64,000 nt of DNA from Opitutus sp. GAS368 (lineage in GTDB: Bacteria > Verrucomicrobiota > Verrucomicrobiia > Opitutales > Opitutaceae). The notes beneath the pieces are model-generated. The model was not told the DNA's origin. It searched no databases and saw nothing but the letters and a program-made list of their open reading frames with translations. The translations under genes and the position numbers were made by a program. The DNA lies in the NCBI GenBank assembly GCA_945861645.1, contig CAMAVZ010000003.1, positions 28,629 to 92,628 of the forward strand, read 5' to 3'. Shown in pieces: positions 1-8,974 of the stretch; the stretch's first letter is position 1; the number at the start of each line of letters is the position of its first letter.

Positions 1-421
1 CGCCCCCGACCATAATCACGAGGCGCGCTTCTTTCGCCCCAATATCACCCCCGGACACCGGCGCATCCAGCGCGGCTAAACCTCGCGCCGTGGCCGCGGT
101 GGCGATGCGTTGGGCCAGCAACGGACTCGAGGTAGTCATATCAACGAGCACGGTGCCGAGCTTAGCCTGAGCCAAAATGCCCGTCGGACCAAAGTAAGTC
201 TGCTCTACATCCGCGGGAAAGCCGACGATGGTGAACACAAAATTCGCCTGCGCGGCCGCGGCCCCCGCCGACTCGTGCCACTGAGCGCCGCGCTCTAGCA
301 AGGCCTGCGCATTGGCTTTGGTGCGATTAAAAATATGCAGTTGGTGGCCCGCGGCGAGGAGATGCCCTGCCATGCTGCGACCCATGACGCCGGTGCCGAT
401 GAAGGCGATAGATTGAGACAT
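1..421 (-). CDS. NAD(P)-dependent beta-hydroxyacid dehydrogenase (3-hydroxyisobutyrate DH / tartronate semialdehyde reductase family), 3' end runs off window
   Basis: Manual translation from ATG at 421: MSQSIAFIGTGVMGRSMAGHLLAAGHQLHIFNRT...VDMTTSSP...LDAPVSGGDIGAKEARLVIMVGG. GxGxMG Rossmann and DAPVSGG motifs. Absent from the ORF track because there is no stop in the window. Confidence 0.9.
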   Translation of the reverse strand, partial: MSQSIAFIGTGVMGRSMAGHLLAAGHQLHIFNRTKANAQALLERGAQWHESAGAAAAQANFVFTIVGFPADVEQTYFGPTGILAQAKLGTVLVDMTTSSPLLAQRIATAATARGLAALDAPVSGGDIGAKEARLVIMVGG

Positions 422-553
422 AGCGCCACCGGAACAAATTTGCTGAAGCGAGGCGAAGCAATATTTGCCGCGGCCTTGGCCTCCGGCACCATCGCGCTGA
501 GCGTGCTGACGCGGCGGTTAGATCAGGGGTGATTCCGCCCGGGGAGCTGTCGC

Positions 554-1252
554 TTAGGGGATGCGCAATTGCGTGCCGAGGCGCAGCACGCCGTCCAGGC
601 CAATTTTATCCGGGTTGGCCAAATAAATATCCTGCCAACGATTAGCCGTCCCATAGTAGCGTTGGCTGATGCGGGCGAGTGAATCGCCCGCCACCACCAA
701 ATGAGATTTTTCACTGGGGCTTACGGCGGGCGGGGTGGGACTGACTGCGGAGGTCGCGATGCCCGCCAGGCGAGTTTTCAGTTGGTAATTTTCAGTGACA
801 ATAATGGTGTTGGTGCCCTGCAACTGTCTGATCAGAGCGCGGGCCGTGGCGAGATCGCTGGCGTATTGCGCTGATGCCCGCTGGAGAGTGGCGAGGGCTT
901 CATTAGCCCGCGTGGCTTCCGCTTGAGCCGCCGCGATCCGACTTTCCGCGGCGGCGACTTGGGCGGCTAAGGTGTTTTTTTCGCTGAGGCTAGCCTCGGC
1001 CGCTTTGTTCGAATTTTCAGTGAGCGCATCAAATTCTTTCTGCAACAGACCATAACTGTTCAGAGCGACCTCCAATTTGCTTTCGGCTTCGCTGAGGCGC
1101 GGCGCTAAGTCGGTGGGATTCTCTGTGGCAGGCGCGATGGGCGCGGGGGTCACTGTGGGTGCCGGGCTGGGCACCGTGCCTACTTCGGCGCGGGCATTTA
1201 GGCTCAAGATTAACATCAAGACGGCTGCGGCAAGGAGAGGGGTGCTTTTCAT
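554..1252 (-). CDS. Secreted coiled-coil protein with C-terminal LysM peptidoglycan-binding domain
   Basis: Signal peptide, Ala/Glu/Gln-rich coiled coil, C-terminal HLVVAGDSLARISQRYYG...W..IY.AN...LRLGTQLRIP LysM pattern. Confidence 0.9.
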   Translation of the reverse strand: MKSTPLLAAAVLMLILSLNARAEVGTVPSPAPTVTPAPIAPATENPTDLAPRLSEAESKLEVALNSYGLLQKEFDALTENSNKAAEASLSEKNTLAAQVAAAESRIAAAQAEATRANEALATLQRASAQYASDLATARALIRQLQGTNTIIVTENYQLKTRLAGIATSAVSPTPPAVSPSEKSHLVVAGDSLARISQRYYGTANRWQDIYLANPDKIGLDGVLRLGTQLRIP

Positions 1253-1346
1253 AAAGAGGAGGCGATTGATGATCAGATTTATCTGCTTTGATTATGGCTT
1301 GGCTGCAAGCTTAGGGCACCGCCGTTTTCAAAATAAATTACGGCCC

Positions 1347-1508
1347 GGCGCGGGAGCTGATGCGCGCCGTTCCCTCGGGCTTGCGGTCGTCGGTGGGTTG
1401 ATCGTCTGCCCAATGCTCACGCTCTATATCATGCCGGTAATTTATATTTACCTCGACCGCTTTGCGCACTGGTTAGATCAGCGGCGTCAGTCAGCGAGCG
1501 TGGGGTAA
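1347..1508 (+). pseudogene. Orphan C-terminal fragment of an RND efflux permease (AcrB/MdtB/MdtC-like last helix)
   Basis: GAGADARRSLGLAVVGGLIVCPMLTLYIMPVIYIYLDRF matches the RND terminal helix pattern (GaGaExRxPLGxaVvGGLxxSqxLTLyxxPvxY). The preceding ~1000 codons are absent and upstream is the LysM gene start. Confidence 0.8.
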
Positions 1509-1615
1509 CGTTGGTTTATCCGCCCCCGGAGCTGCGCCGTAATTGATTCGTCATCGAGGCATGGGTGAAGCTCGCGCGGGCGCGGGCTAGACCTGTTCGA
1601 CGGTGATTTGCACGC

Positions 1616-1659
1616 CCGTCACCAAATTATCACCGGTTCGTCATAAAAGTGCCCTCAGT
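1616..1659 (+). promoter_or_regulatory. Putative Pho box (PhoB/OmpR-family 11-bp direct repeats)
   Basis: ccGTCACcaaa / ttATCACcggt / tcGTCATaaaa / gtGCCCTcagt, exactly 11 bp apart, resembling CTGTCAT-A(A/T)A(A/T). Ends ~40 bp upstream of a phosphatase-family gene. Confidence 0.65.
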
Positions 1660-1701
1660 CCGCTTGTCAGGCTGACGGAATGTTCGGGATTTTATCGGTG
1701 C

Positions 1702-3354
1702 ATGAACACCCAGCGCAGACAGCTCCGAATTCTTTTTCCATTAACGTTGGCGGCGCTTTTGGCGCAGTCGCTTCGAGCGGCCGATGCCGGGAGCAGCTCA
1801 AATTCTTTGGCGGTCCGGCCAGAAGATTTTGCAGTACGCGCGCCGGCGGCCGAACCGCCGCGGCCGCACCCCGCCGTCGTGGTGGTCATCGATGGTTTAC
1901 GGCCAGATTTTGTTTCACCTGAGACCACCCCGCAACTGGCGAAGCTCGCGGCCGCGGGCGTATTTTTTGCCCATCATCACCCGGTTTACCTGAGCTCAAC
2001 CGAGGTCAATGGCACGGCGCTAGCGACGGGGTCTTATTCTGCCCATAGCGGCATCATCGCGAATAATGAGTTTCGCCCACGGCTCGATCCACAAAATGCG
2101 ATTGCTACCCAAGCCCCGGACATGGTCCGCCGCGGCGATGAACTCAGCGGGGGTCATTATCTCGCGCGGCCCACGGTCGCAGAAATTCTCCACGCGCAGG
2201 GTTTAGCGACGGCCATCGCGGGCTCCAAGCCGGTGGCCTTATTACACGACCGCGCTCTCCCGTCGGCTACCCCAGGAGTTTCTGCGCTGGTGTCTCAAGG
2301 CGAGGCGCGCCCTGAGGCTGTGACCACCGCGCTCAAGGCCACGCAAGGTGCTTTGCCCAGTGCGACGGAGCGCGACGATAAGACCGCGCGGGATGATTGG
2401 ACCACGCAGGCTCTCCTCGGGACTCTCTGGCGCAACGGCGTGCCACCCTACTCATTGCTGTGGTTGGCGGAGCCCGATAGCTCACAGCACGCGTCGGGCT
2501 TGGGTTCGGCACAATCGCTCGCGGCCCTTAAAAAAAGTGATGAGAAGCTCGGGTTGCTGGTAGCGGAATTGACGCGGCGCGGTGAGCTCGCCACGACAAA
2601 TATTTTTATCGTATCCGATCATGGCTTTTCCACCATTGCTGAAAAAGTTGATCTCGCGGTCGAGCTTTCGGTCGCCGGCTTCTCGGCCCAGCGGGTGGCG
2701 CTGGGGGGGCTAAAACAAAGCGAGGTGCTGGTGGTGGGGAATGGCGGTAGTTCGCTTATTTATGTGGGGGGACACGATGCAGCTACGATCGAACGCGTCG
2801 TTACTTTTCTGCAGCAGCAATCGTGGACCGGCGTCATTTTCTCGCGCTCCCCGCTGGCCGGAGCTTTTCCGCTGGCGGCGGCCAACATTGATGCGCCAGA
2901 AGCTCCGGATCTGGTAGTTTCTTTTAAATGGCAGGATGGTAAAAATGCCGCGGGCGTGCCGGGGCTTCAAATTTCTGACTTAGCTGCGACCAGTCCTAAA
3001 TTGGCCAATCATGCGAGCCTCAGCCCGTTCGATATGCACAATACTTTAGTTGCTGTTGGGCCTGATATTCGGGCCGGCGTTATCAGCACATTGCCGTCGG
3101 GCAATCTCGATGTCGCCCCCACGATTCTTTGGCTGTTGGGTCTAAAGGAGGCTGCCCAGAAAATGGATGGTCGCGTGCTGAGCGAGGCCCTGACTCAGCC
3201 GGCGCCGCCGCTGACATCCTATGAGCTAAAGCGGCTCAACGCACAGCAGGAGATTAACGGTGGGCGTTGGACGCAGTATCTCCAGATCAGTGAAGTTAAC
3301 GGCGTGCGCTACTTAGACGCAGGTAACGGTGAGTTTAGCGCCGCGCCGCGCTAG
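1702..3354 (+). CDS. Exported alkaline phosphatase superfamily protein (nucleotide pyrophosphatase/phosphodiesterase-like)
   Basis: VVIDGLRPD, STEVNGTALATG (Thr nucleophile), EPDSSQH, VSDHGF and NHAS metal motifs; signal peptide. Start set at ATG 1702. Confidence 0.88.
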   Translation: MNTQRRQLRILFPLTLAALLAQSLRAADAGSSSNSLAVRPEDFAVRAPAAEPPRPHPAVVVVIDGLRPDFVSPETTPQLAKLAAAGVFFAHHHPVYLSSTEVNGTALATGSYSAHSGIIANNEFRPRLDPQNAIATQAPDMVRRGDELSGGHYLARPTVAEILHAQGLATAIAGSKPVALLHDRALPSATPGVSALVSQGEARPEAVTTALKATQGALPSATERDDKTARDDWTTQALLGTLWRNGVPPYSLLWLAEPDSSQHASGLGSAQSLAALKKSDEKLGLLVAELTRRGELATTNIFIVSDHGFSTIAEKVDLAVELSVAGFSAQRVALGGLKQSEVLVVGNGGSSLIYVGGHDAATIERVVTFLQQQSWTGVIFSRSPLAGAFPLAAANIDAPEAPDLVVSFKWQDGKNAAGVPGLQISDLAATSPKLANHASLSPFDMHNTLVAVGPDIRAGVISTLPSGNLDVAPTILWLLGLKEAAQKMDGRVLSEALTQPAPPLTSYELKRLNAQQEINGGRWTQYLQISEVNGVRYLDAGNGEFSAAPR

Positions 3355-3411
3355 ACAGGTAAAATTCAGCCAGGTGCCCGGACTGCAAGCGTCCGCCGGC
3401 GTCGGCGGATC

Positions 3412-4923
3412 TCAGATCAAAGCTTCGCGGAGAGCCGCCAAGATATCTTCGATGGGTTCTAAGCCGACGGAGAGGCGCAGCAAATCGGGCGAGAGGCCAT
3501 GAGCCGCTAGCTCGGCGCGACCTGCCGGTGAGGTCACCAGATCGTAATGGGCGAGGTAGATAAATGGTGAGATTAGAGTCGTGCGCATGCCGAAACTCGG
3601 ACCCTTGGGTAGGCGTACGCGGTCGTAAAAATCTTTCATCGGCGCCTTGAGCGTGAATGAGATTATGCTGCCCACGGCCGTTGGGGAACGGGCAATTTTT
3701 AAATAATTTTCGCGGGAACCGGGCTGCAGTGCCCACCAGACTTGCTGCACCGCGGGATGATTTTCGAGCAAGGCTGCGACTTGCATCGTGCTCGCATTGA
3801 TTTTCCGCACGACGTCTTCAGTGGCGCCAATTTGCGCAGCGAGACGGGCCAGATCGCGCGGATGAACCGGCTCAAGATATTCACTAACGAGCCGCCGCAG
3901 CTCAGGCGCATCGGGCCCTTGGGGATTGACGACGACCGCTCCCGCAATGACGTCGCCTTCATGCGCGGTATATTTGGTAAGACTTTGCGCCACGAGATCA
4001 GCGGCCGGGAGCAGATCAACGTTGTAAGGTGAGCTGATGGCGGGATCTAAAATAAGCCGCACCCCATGGCGGCGGGCTAAGGCGGCCACGGCCGCGATGT
4101 CTGGCGTTTGGATGAGCGGATTCGTGGGCGCCTCAATAATTATTCCCGCGATACGCGCGCCGTCAGTGGCCAACAAGCGTTCGAGCCCGCTGAGGTCGGC
4201 CACATCACCATGACGCAAGTAATCGCGCGTGGGGTCGGGGGTGAATTTTTTGAGCAGCGCAATCGTATCGAGATAAAGCCAGCCGAGCTGCACCCAAGCG
4301 GTGCGGCCGCGGGTTGCCTGCAAGGTACTAATCGCACGGAAGGCCGCGTGTAGGGCGTTCATGCCGCTTGGGGCGAGCAGGAGATCGGGGTCGCTTACCC
4401 CAGGGTAAACTCGGTGGAGGCAGCGTTTGATTTCCGCCGTAGCGTTGCCAGCAAAAAGAGTTTCTGCGGCCGCGGCGGGACGGAGACCCTGGGCGACGAG
4501 TTGATCCTCCGCGGCTCGGGTAGAGAGAAAACCACCTAAGTGCTGCAGGAATTGTTTGCCGCGCGTGTTGAGCTCGGGGGTGTCATTATGCGCAACCCCA
4601 TGGATCCCGGCGGCGAGGAACGGCACGGCGCGGGCGGCACCAGTCCGGCCCAGATGGTCAGCCAGCGCCGCCGCCATTTTAGCTGAGGTCACAAGCCACA
4701 GGGAACGGCCCGCAAATTCGGTCTGCTGTTGGAGTAGCTCACACAGTTGCTTGGCGTACGTATGCACCACAAAGCGTGGATAACCGGAAGAGATATGCCG
4801 CGTGGTCTCGGTCTGGCCTTCTTCGTAGCCAATGACATCCGCTAAGGTGGGCAGACTGCAGGCCACCGAGTGTGGGCTGCCCGGGATGCGTTGACCCAGA
4901 GGAATGGGAGAAAAGATGGACAT
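3412..4923 (-). CDS. PLP-dependent Cys/Met metabolism enzyme, long (fungal Str2-like) cystathionine gamma-synthase type
   Basis: PSGMNA, EAPTNP, QSLTKY (PLP lysine), GPSFG, LLRLSVGLE, plus a ~170 aa N-terminal extension (LGQRIPGSPHSVACSLPT...SGYPRF). Confidence 0.8.
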   Translation of the reverse strand: MSIFSPIPLGQRIPGSPHSVACSLPTLADVIGYEEGQTETTRHISSGYPRFVVHTYAKQLCELLQQQTEFAGRSLWLVTSAKMAAALADHLGRTGAARAVPFLAAGIHGVAHNDTPELNTRGKQFLQHLGGFLSTRAAEDQLVAQGLRPAAAAETLFAGNATAEIKRCLHRVYPGVSDPDLLLAPSGMNALHAAFRAISTLQATRGRTAWVQLGWLYLDTIALLKKFTPDPTRDYLRHGDVADLSGLERLLATDGARIAGIIIEAPTNPLIQTPDIAAVAALARRHGVRLILDPAISSPYNVDLLPAADLVAQSLTKYTAHEGDVIAGAVVVNPQGPDAPELRRLVSEYLEPVHPRDLARLAAQIGATEDVVRKINASTMQVAALLENHPAVQQVWWALQPGSRENYLKIARSPTAVGSIISFTLKAPMKDFYDRVRLPKGPSFGMRTTLISPFIYLAHYDLVTSPAGRAELAAHGLSPDLLRLSVGLEPIEDILAALREALI

Positions 4924-5171
4924 AGCAAAAGCAAGTTTAGTTCATTGCCCGTTAGCTGGGGAAGCAATCGAGCGGTGTGTCATGCGGCCCGAGCGTCATA
5001 AATCAGGATAAATAAAAGATAAGCCAGCGGGGCGGCCTAGGGGAAAGGTTGATAATTTAAGCCGAGGGTGGGGTGAGCCGAGCATGGCGAGGAGCTTGCG
5101 CCGGAGTTTTATCGCACGAAAGGCAAAACGTGTTGCACCGCGAGCGAGAAACCACGAAGCAGTGGGGGCTC

Positions 5172-5927
5172 ATGAAAATACTTTCCTGGAATGTGAATGG
5201 CGTACGGGCTGCTCTCGGCAAGGGTTTGCTCGATTGGATGGCGGCAGCGAAAGCTGATGTCATTTGCCTCCAAGAAGTAAAAGCCCTGCCGGGAGACGTG
5301 CAGGGCGTAGTTTGGCCGGCGGGCTATACGGTGCATTGGAATGCGGCGGAGAAAAAAGGGTATAGTGGAACGGCCTTTTTTCTGCGGCGGCCGCCGCTTG
5401 CGGTGACGACGGGGATTGGTTCACCGCTACACGACGCCGAAGGCCGCGCGCTGACGGCGGAATTTGCTGATTGTTATGTGGTGGGGGTCTATGTGCCCAA
5501 TGCCCAGCCGGAGTTGGCGCGGATCGACTTTCGGCAAGCCTGGGATCGCGCCTTGCTGGCTTATGTGAAAAAATTAGAAAAGAAAAAGCCGGTCGTTTTT
5601 TGTGGGGATCTCAATGTGGCCCATGAGGCGATCGATCTCGCTCGGCCTAAAGAAAATGTGGGTAGCCCCGGATGCTCTGATCAGGAGCGGGCGGGCTTTC
5701 GGGATTATTTGGCCGCCGGATACGTTGATACCTTTCGGCATTTCGAGGAGGGGCCTGATCATTATAGTTGGTGGACGTATCGGGCGGGGGCCCGCGAGCG
5801 CAACATTGGCTGGCGCATCGATTACCTCATGGCTTCAGCCGGGCTCAAGTCACAGCTGCAGCGCGCCTGGATTGAACCCCAGGTAATGGGCAGTGATCAT
5901 TGTCCGGTGGGGCTTGAGCTCGCCTGA
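5172..5927 (+). CDS. xth: Exodeoxyribonuclease III / AP endonuclease
   Basis: SWNVNG, LQEVK, GYSGT, EGR, YVPN, GDLNVAH, GWRIDY, SDHCPV motifs. Confidence 0.95.
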   Translation: MKILSWNVNGVRAALGKGLLDWMAAAKADVICLQEVKALPGDVQGVVWPAGYTVHWNAAEKKGYSGTAFFLRRPPLAVTTGIGSPLHDAEGRALTAEFADCYVVGVYVPNAQPELARIDFRQAWDRALLAYVKKLEKKKPVVFCGDLNVAHEAIDLARPKENVGSPGCSDQERAGFRDYLAAGYVDTFRHFEEGPDHYSWWTYRAGARERNIGWRIDYLMASAGLKSQLQRAWIEPQVMGSDHCPVGLELA

Positions 5928-5929
5928 CG

Positions 5930-6436
5930 GTGCCACGTCCCCGCAAAACTTATTCCGCTCCCCTGATTCAGCTGCGCCGCTCAGGCGTGCACGGCTATGG
6001 ATTATTTGCGCGCGATTTTGTGCCGCAGGGCGACCGTCTGATGGAATATGTCGGCGAGCGCATCACCAAGGCTGAAGCGCAGCGGCGCGAGGATCGTCGG
6101 CTGGCGCGACGCGCGGTGGGGGGCGATGGGGGCGTTTATATTTTTGAATTAAATCAACGGTACGATATCGATGGGGACGTCGCGTGGAATTTAGCGCGGC
6201 GCATCAATCATTCCTGTGGGCCGAATTGTGAAACGCAAAATATCCGCGGCCATATTTGGGTGGTGGCGTGTCGCGATATCGCGTCGGGGGAGGAGCTGAC
6301 TTACGATTACGGATTTTCCTATACGGAGTGGCGAGATCATCCCTGTCGCTGCGGGGCTACGGAGTGCGTCGGTCATATTATTAATGCTGCCCAGCGGTGG
6401 CGGGTGCGGCGCCGGCTGGCCGGGGAAAATAATTGA
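5930..6436 (+). CDS. SET domain protein with post-SET zinc motif (putative lysine methyltransferase)
   Basis: SGVHGYGLFA, EYVGE, RRINHSCGPNC, GEELTYDY, CRCGATEC. Confidence 0.92.
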   Translation: MPRPRKTYSAPLIQLRRSGVHGYGLFARDFVPQGDRLMEYVGERITKAEAQRREDRRLARRAVGGDGGVYIFELNQRYDIDGDVAWNLARRINHSCGPNCETQNIRGHIWVVACRDIASGEELTYDYGFSYTEWRDHPCRCGATECVGHIINAAQRWRVRRRLAGENN

Positions 6437-6513
6437 TAGCCGGCGGTGGCGGGGCGGACTCGTTAAGGAGACTTTCCTTTTCCACCGTAGAACCCATGCT
6501 GGTGGCGATGAGA

Positions 6514-7029
6514 ATGAACCCGGACCTAGCCCCTTTATTTTTAGGAAAACCACGTCTGACGCTCGCGGTCGCGGAGAGTCTGACTTGTGGCCAAGTGCAG
6601 GCGAAAATTGGGGCGGGGGCGGGAGCTTCCCATTATTTTTTGGGCGGGATCACGACCTATTCACTCGCGCAAAAGGTGCGCCATCTCGGGGTCAATCGAG
6701 CCCATGCGCAGCGGGTTAATAGCGTCTCGCAGCGCGTCGCCGTAGAAATGGCAGAGGGGGCCGGCGTTTTGTTTGGGGCGGATTTGGGGCTCGCGACGAC
6801 CGGTTACGCTGAGCCGAGTGTTGAGCACGGCGTGGCGGTGCCGATGACTTGGTGGGCGTTATGTCATCGGCGGCGCGGCGGAAAACTCGTGGTTATTTCT
6901 GGGCAGGTGGAAATGCCGGGGGCCGATCGCGCGACGGCGCAGGCGCGGGTCGTGGCCGAGGTACTGGCCGCGCTGGTGATTTATCTGCAAGAGTTCCGGC
7001 GGCCCGGCCCGGCCAAAATTAGGGCATAA
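6514..7029 (+). CDS. pncC: CinA C-terminal / PncC family nicotinamide-nucleotide amidohydrolase
   Basis: LAVAESLTCG, GASHYFLGGITTYS...K, VAVEMAEG, ATTGYA. Start uncertain (6496/6508/6514). Confidence 0.82.
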   Translation: MNPDLAPLFLGKPRLTLAVAESLTCGQVQAKIGAGAGASHYFLGGITTYSLAQKVRHLGVNRAHAQRVNSVSQRVAVEMAEGAGVLFGADLGLATTGYAEPSVEHGVAVPMTWWALCHRRRGGKLVVISGQVEMPGADRATAQARVVAEVLAALVIYLQEFRRPGPAKIRA

Positions 7030-7054
7030 AAAAACCCGCCAGCTAAGGCGGGTT
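7028..7054 (-). terminator. Intrinsic terminator between convergent pncC and SYLF genes
   Basis: AACCCGCC-agctaa-GGCGGGTT hairpin preceded by an A-tract (U-tract on the minus strand). Confidence 0.7.
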
Positions 7055-7074
7055 GGTGGCGGCAGTGGGGGTGC

Positions 7075-7761
7075 CTACTGCGTGATGCGTGTCACGTGAT
7101 CGATCAAGAAGTGCGCCTCAGTGGGAGGCGTGACCCAATCACTGAACAGTAATTCTGGCAGCCGATTGGTGCTGCTGTAGAACAGGCGATTGGCTTCGTC
7201 ATGGGGTGACATGTAACCGGTTTTAACGGCGGCGCCGATGTACAGGCCTTCGTTGTTGGAATAGACTAAGACATTCGCTTCGGTTTGAAGCGCGGAAGTT
7301 ATTTTTTCGCGCTCCGCTGAGCGAATGCCGGCCAAGACTTTGGCTTCCGCACCGAGATTCATGCGGTTTTTGAAGAGGAGGCGGGCGGTGGCGTCGTCCA
7401 TTAAAACATAAACCGCATTGATTGATTTACCGCCCGCTTGCAGGCCGAGGCTGAGTTCACCCGCGCGCATAAAGGCGGGGACGGACCATTTACCATTGGG
7501 GCGGCGGACTAAGGCGATCGCGTAGCCATCTTTGATCCCAAAGATAAAACCGGCCTGGAATTGGTTGACGATGACGATGCCCTTCGCACGACGAAGAATG
7601 TCGGCGGGAATGGCGGTTTTATAGTTACCTTGGATGGACTGCAAAATTGCTTCGCAGCTATCGAGGCGCTCAATGACGGACGCGCGGGTTAATTCGCCGG
7701 CAGCGGACAGAGCGCCCGCCAGGGCGGTGGCACAAAAAATGGCGGTGAGGAGCTTCTTCAT
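7075..7761 (-). CDS. Lipid-binding SYLF (Ysc84-like) domain protein, exported
   Basis: IPADILRRAKGIVI, AGFIFG, WSVPAF, SLGLQAG, YS..GLYIG; signal peptide. Confidence 0.88.
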   Translation of the reverse strand: MKKLLTAIFCATALAGALSAAGELTRASVIERLDSCEAILQSIQGNYKTAIPADILRRAKGIVIVNQFQAGFIFGIKDGYAIALVRRPNGKWSVPAFMRAGELSLGLQAGGKSINAVYVLMDDATARLLFKNRMNLGAEAKVLAGIRSAEREKITSALQTEANVLVYSNNEGLYIGAAVKTGYMSPHDEANRLFYSSTNRLPELLFSDWVTPPTEAHFLIDHVTRITQ

Positions 7762-7898
7762 AATGATTAGATATAGGCGATCGCGCGGTTAGCGCAAAGC
7801 TGTTTTTAAGAACGGAATAAGCAGATTTAGCAGCTAAATGAAAGCCCTACTTCACGGGGACTCTGGGCGAGGGCGCGGTGGCGGGGTGGGCGGGCCAA

Positions 7899-8270
7899 TC
7901 ATTCTAGGCCGCGCTGCGCAATTTCCTCTTCGTCCCAGCCCAGATCATGGCCGAGTTCGTGGAGGTAAGTTAGGCGCACTTCAGCGCGATAATTTGCTTC
8001 ATCCGCTTCTGCTAGGTCCCAGATATTATCAAGAAACAGCAGGATCTGCGGGGGTAAGGGCTGCGCTTCACCGAGTTCTGCGCCGTGCTCATCACCCACA
8101 AATAAGCCGAGCAGATCGGTATCTAGACCATCGGCGATGAGGGCGAGATGAGGGCGAGATTCATAGCAAACCGGCACCTCCCGGGCCACGGCGCGAACAG
8201 TCGCGGGCAACTGATTTTGTGCGGCGGTCACCACTTGCACGGCGATTTGTACGCGTGGGATTAAGTTCAT
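7899..8270 (-). CDS. Zinicin-like metallopeptidase family protein
   Basis: DLLGLFVG, PPQILLFLDNI, EVRLTYLHELGH.LG (HExxH). Start moved to ATG 8270. Confidence 0.82.
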   Translation of the reverse strand: MNLIPRVQIAVQVVTAAQNQLPATVRAVAREVPVCYESRPHLALIADGLDTDLLGLFVGDEHGAELGEAQPLPPQILLFLDNIWDLAEADEANYRAEVRLTYLHELGHDLGWDEEEIAQRGLE

Positions 8271-8434
8271 GAGTCGGGGTGAATAAGGGCGCAGATGAGG
8301 GTGAGTTAATTTCCGCAGGAGTAAAGCGGCGCCGAGCGCGAGCATTGGGGGTGGGGGGTTGGCACGATTTAATGCAGGGCTGAAACCTCGCTTCTTCCTC
8401 AGCGTCCTATGTCGAGTAACCATTAATTCCCTCT

Positions 8435-8842
8435 ATGAAAAACTTACTTAAGCTTAGTATCGCATTTGTTGGTCTCCTGTTACTCGGCGCTCCCGCCCTG
8501 CGCGCGGAAGCCCCGCCGGCTCCCCCTGCCGGTCAACCCGAACACGGTCGCGGCCCTGGTCGCCCCGGTCAGATGATGAAGCGCGCCGCGCAAGAACTCG
8601 GCCTGAGCGCTGACCAGCAGGCTAAATGGCAGGCCATTAATCAGCAGGAAAAAGCGGCCGCCGATGCAATCATGAATGATAGCACGCTCGCTCCTGAGGC
8701 CAAACGCGCTCAGCTGCGGGCAGCTAACAAGCCTTTCGCCGATCAACGGCGCGCGGGGTTGAATCCCGAGCAGTTGAAAAAGTTCGATGAGATGCGCAAA
8801 GCCGGTGCACGCGGACCCAAGAAAGATAAAAAAGATAAGTAA
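8435..8842 (+). CDS. Exported Spy/CpxP-like (LTXXQ-type) helical protein
   Basis: Signal peptide, ELGLSADQQAK and LNPEQLKKFDEM repeats. Confidence 0.7.
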   Translation: MKNLLKLSIAFVGLLLLGAPALRAEAPPAPPAGQPEHGRGPGRPGQMMKRAAQELGLSADQQAKWQAINQQEKAAADAIMNDSTLAPEAKRAQLRAANKPFADQRRAGLNPEQLKKFDEMRKAGARGPKKDKKDK

Positions 8843-8905
8843 CGGCTCGGCGGAAGCGCCGCGCCAGCAAATTTAGGCTTTAGCTTGGCTGGTTTTATTT
8901 AAGCG

Positions 8906-8938
8906 TGCCGCGACTTAGGTCGCGGCATTTTTATTTTT
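8906..8938 (+). terminator. Intrinsic terminator
   Basis: TGCCGCGAC-ttag-GTCGCGGCA followed by TTTTTATTTTT. Confidence 0.8.
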
Positions 8939-8974
8939 GGACAACGGCTCAGCGCCGGCTCACGCTGCCAGCGG

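Noticed and set aside
4924-5171. SAM riboswitch upstream of the cystathionine gamma-synthase-like gene
   Set aside because: No SAM-I or SAM-II core sequence recognisable on the minus strand.
8271-8423. Long N-terminal extensions in the ORF track (zinicin; likewise xth, terC, LarA, second TBDT, phosphatase)
   Set aside because: The extensions cover promoter regions or neighbouring genes; family similarity begins at downstream start codons.
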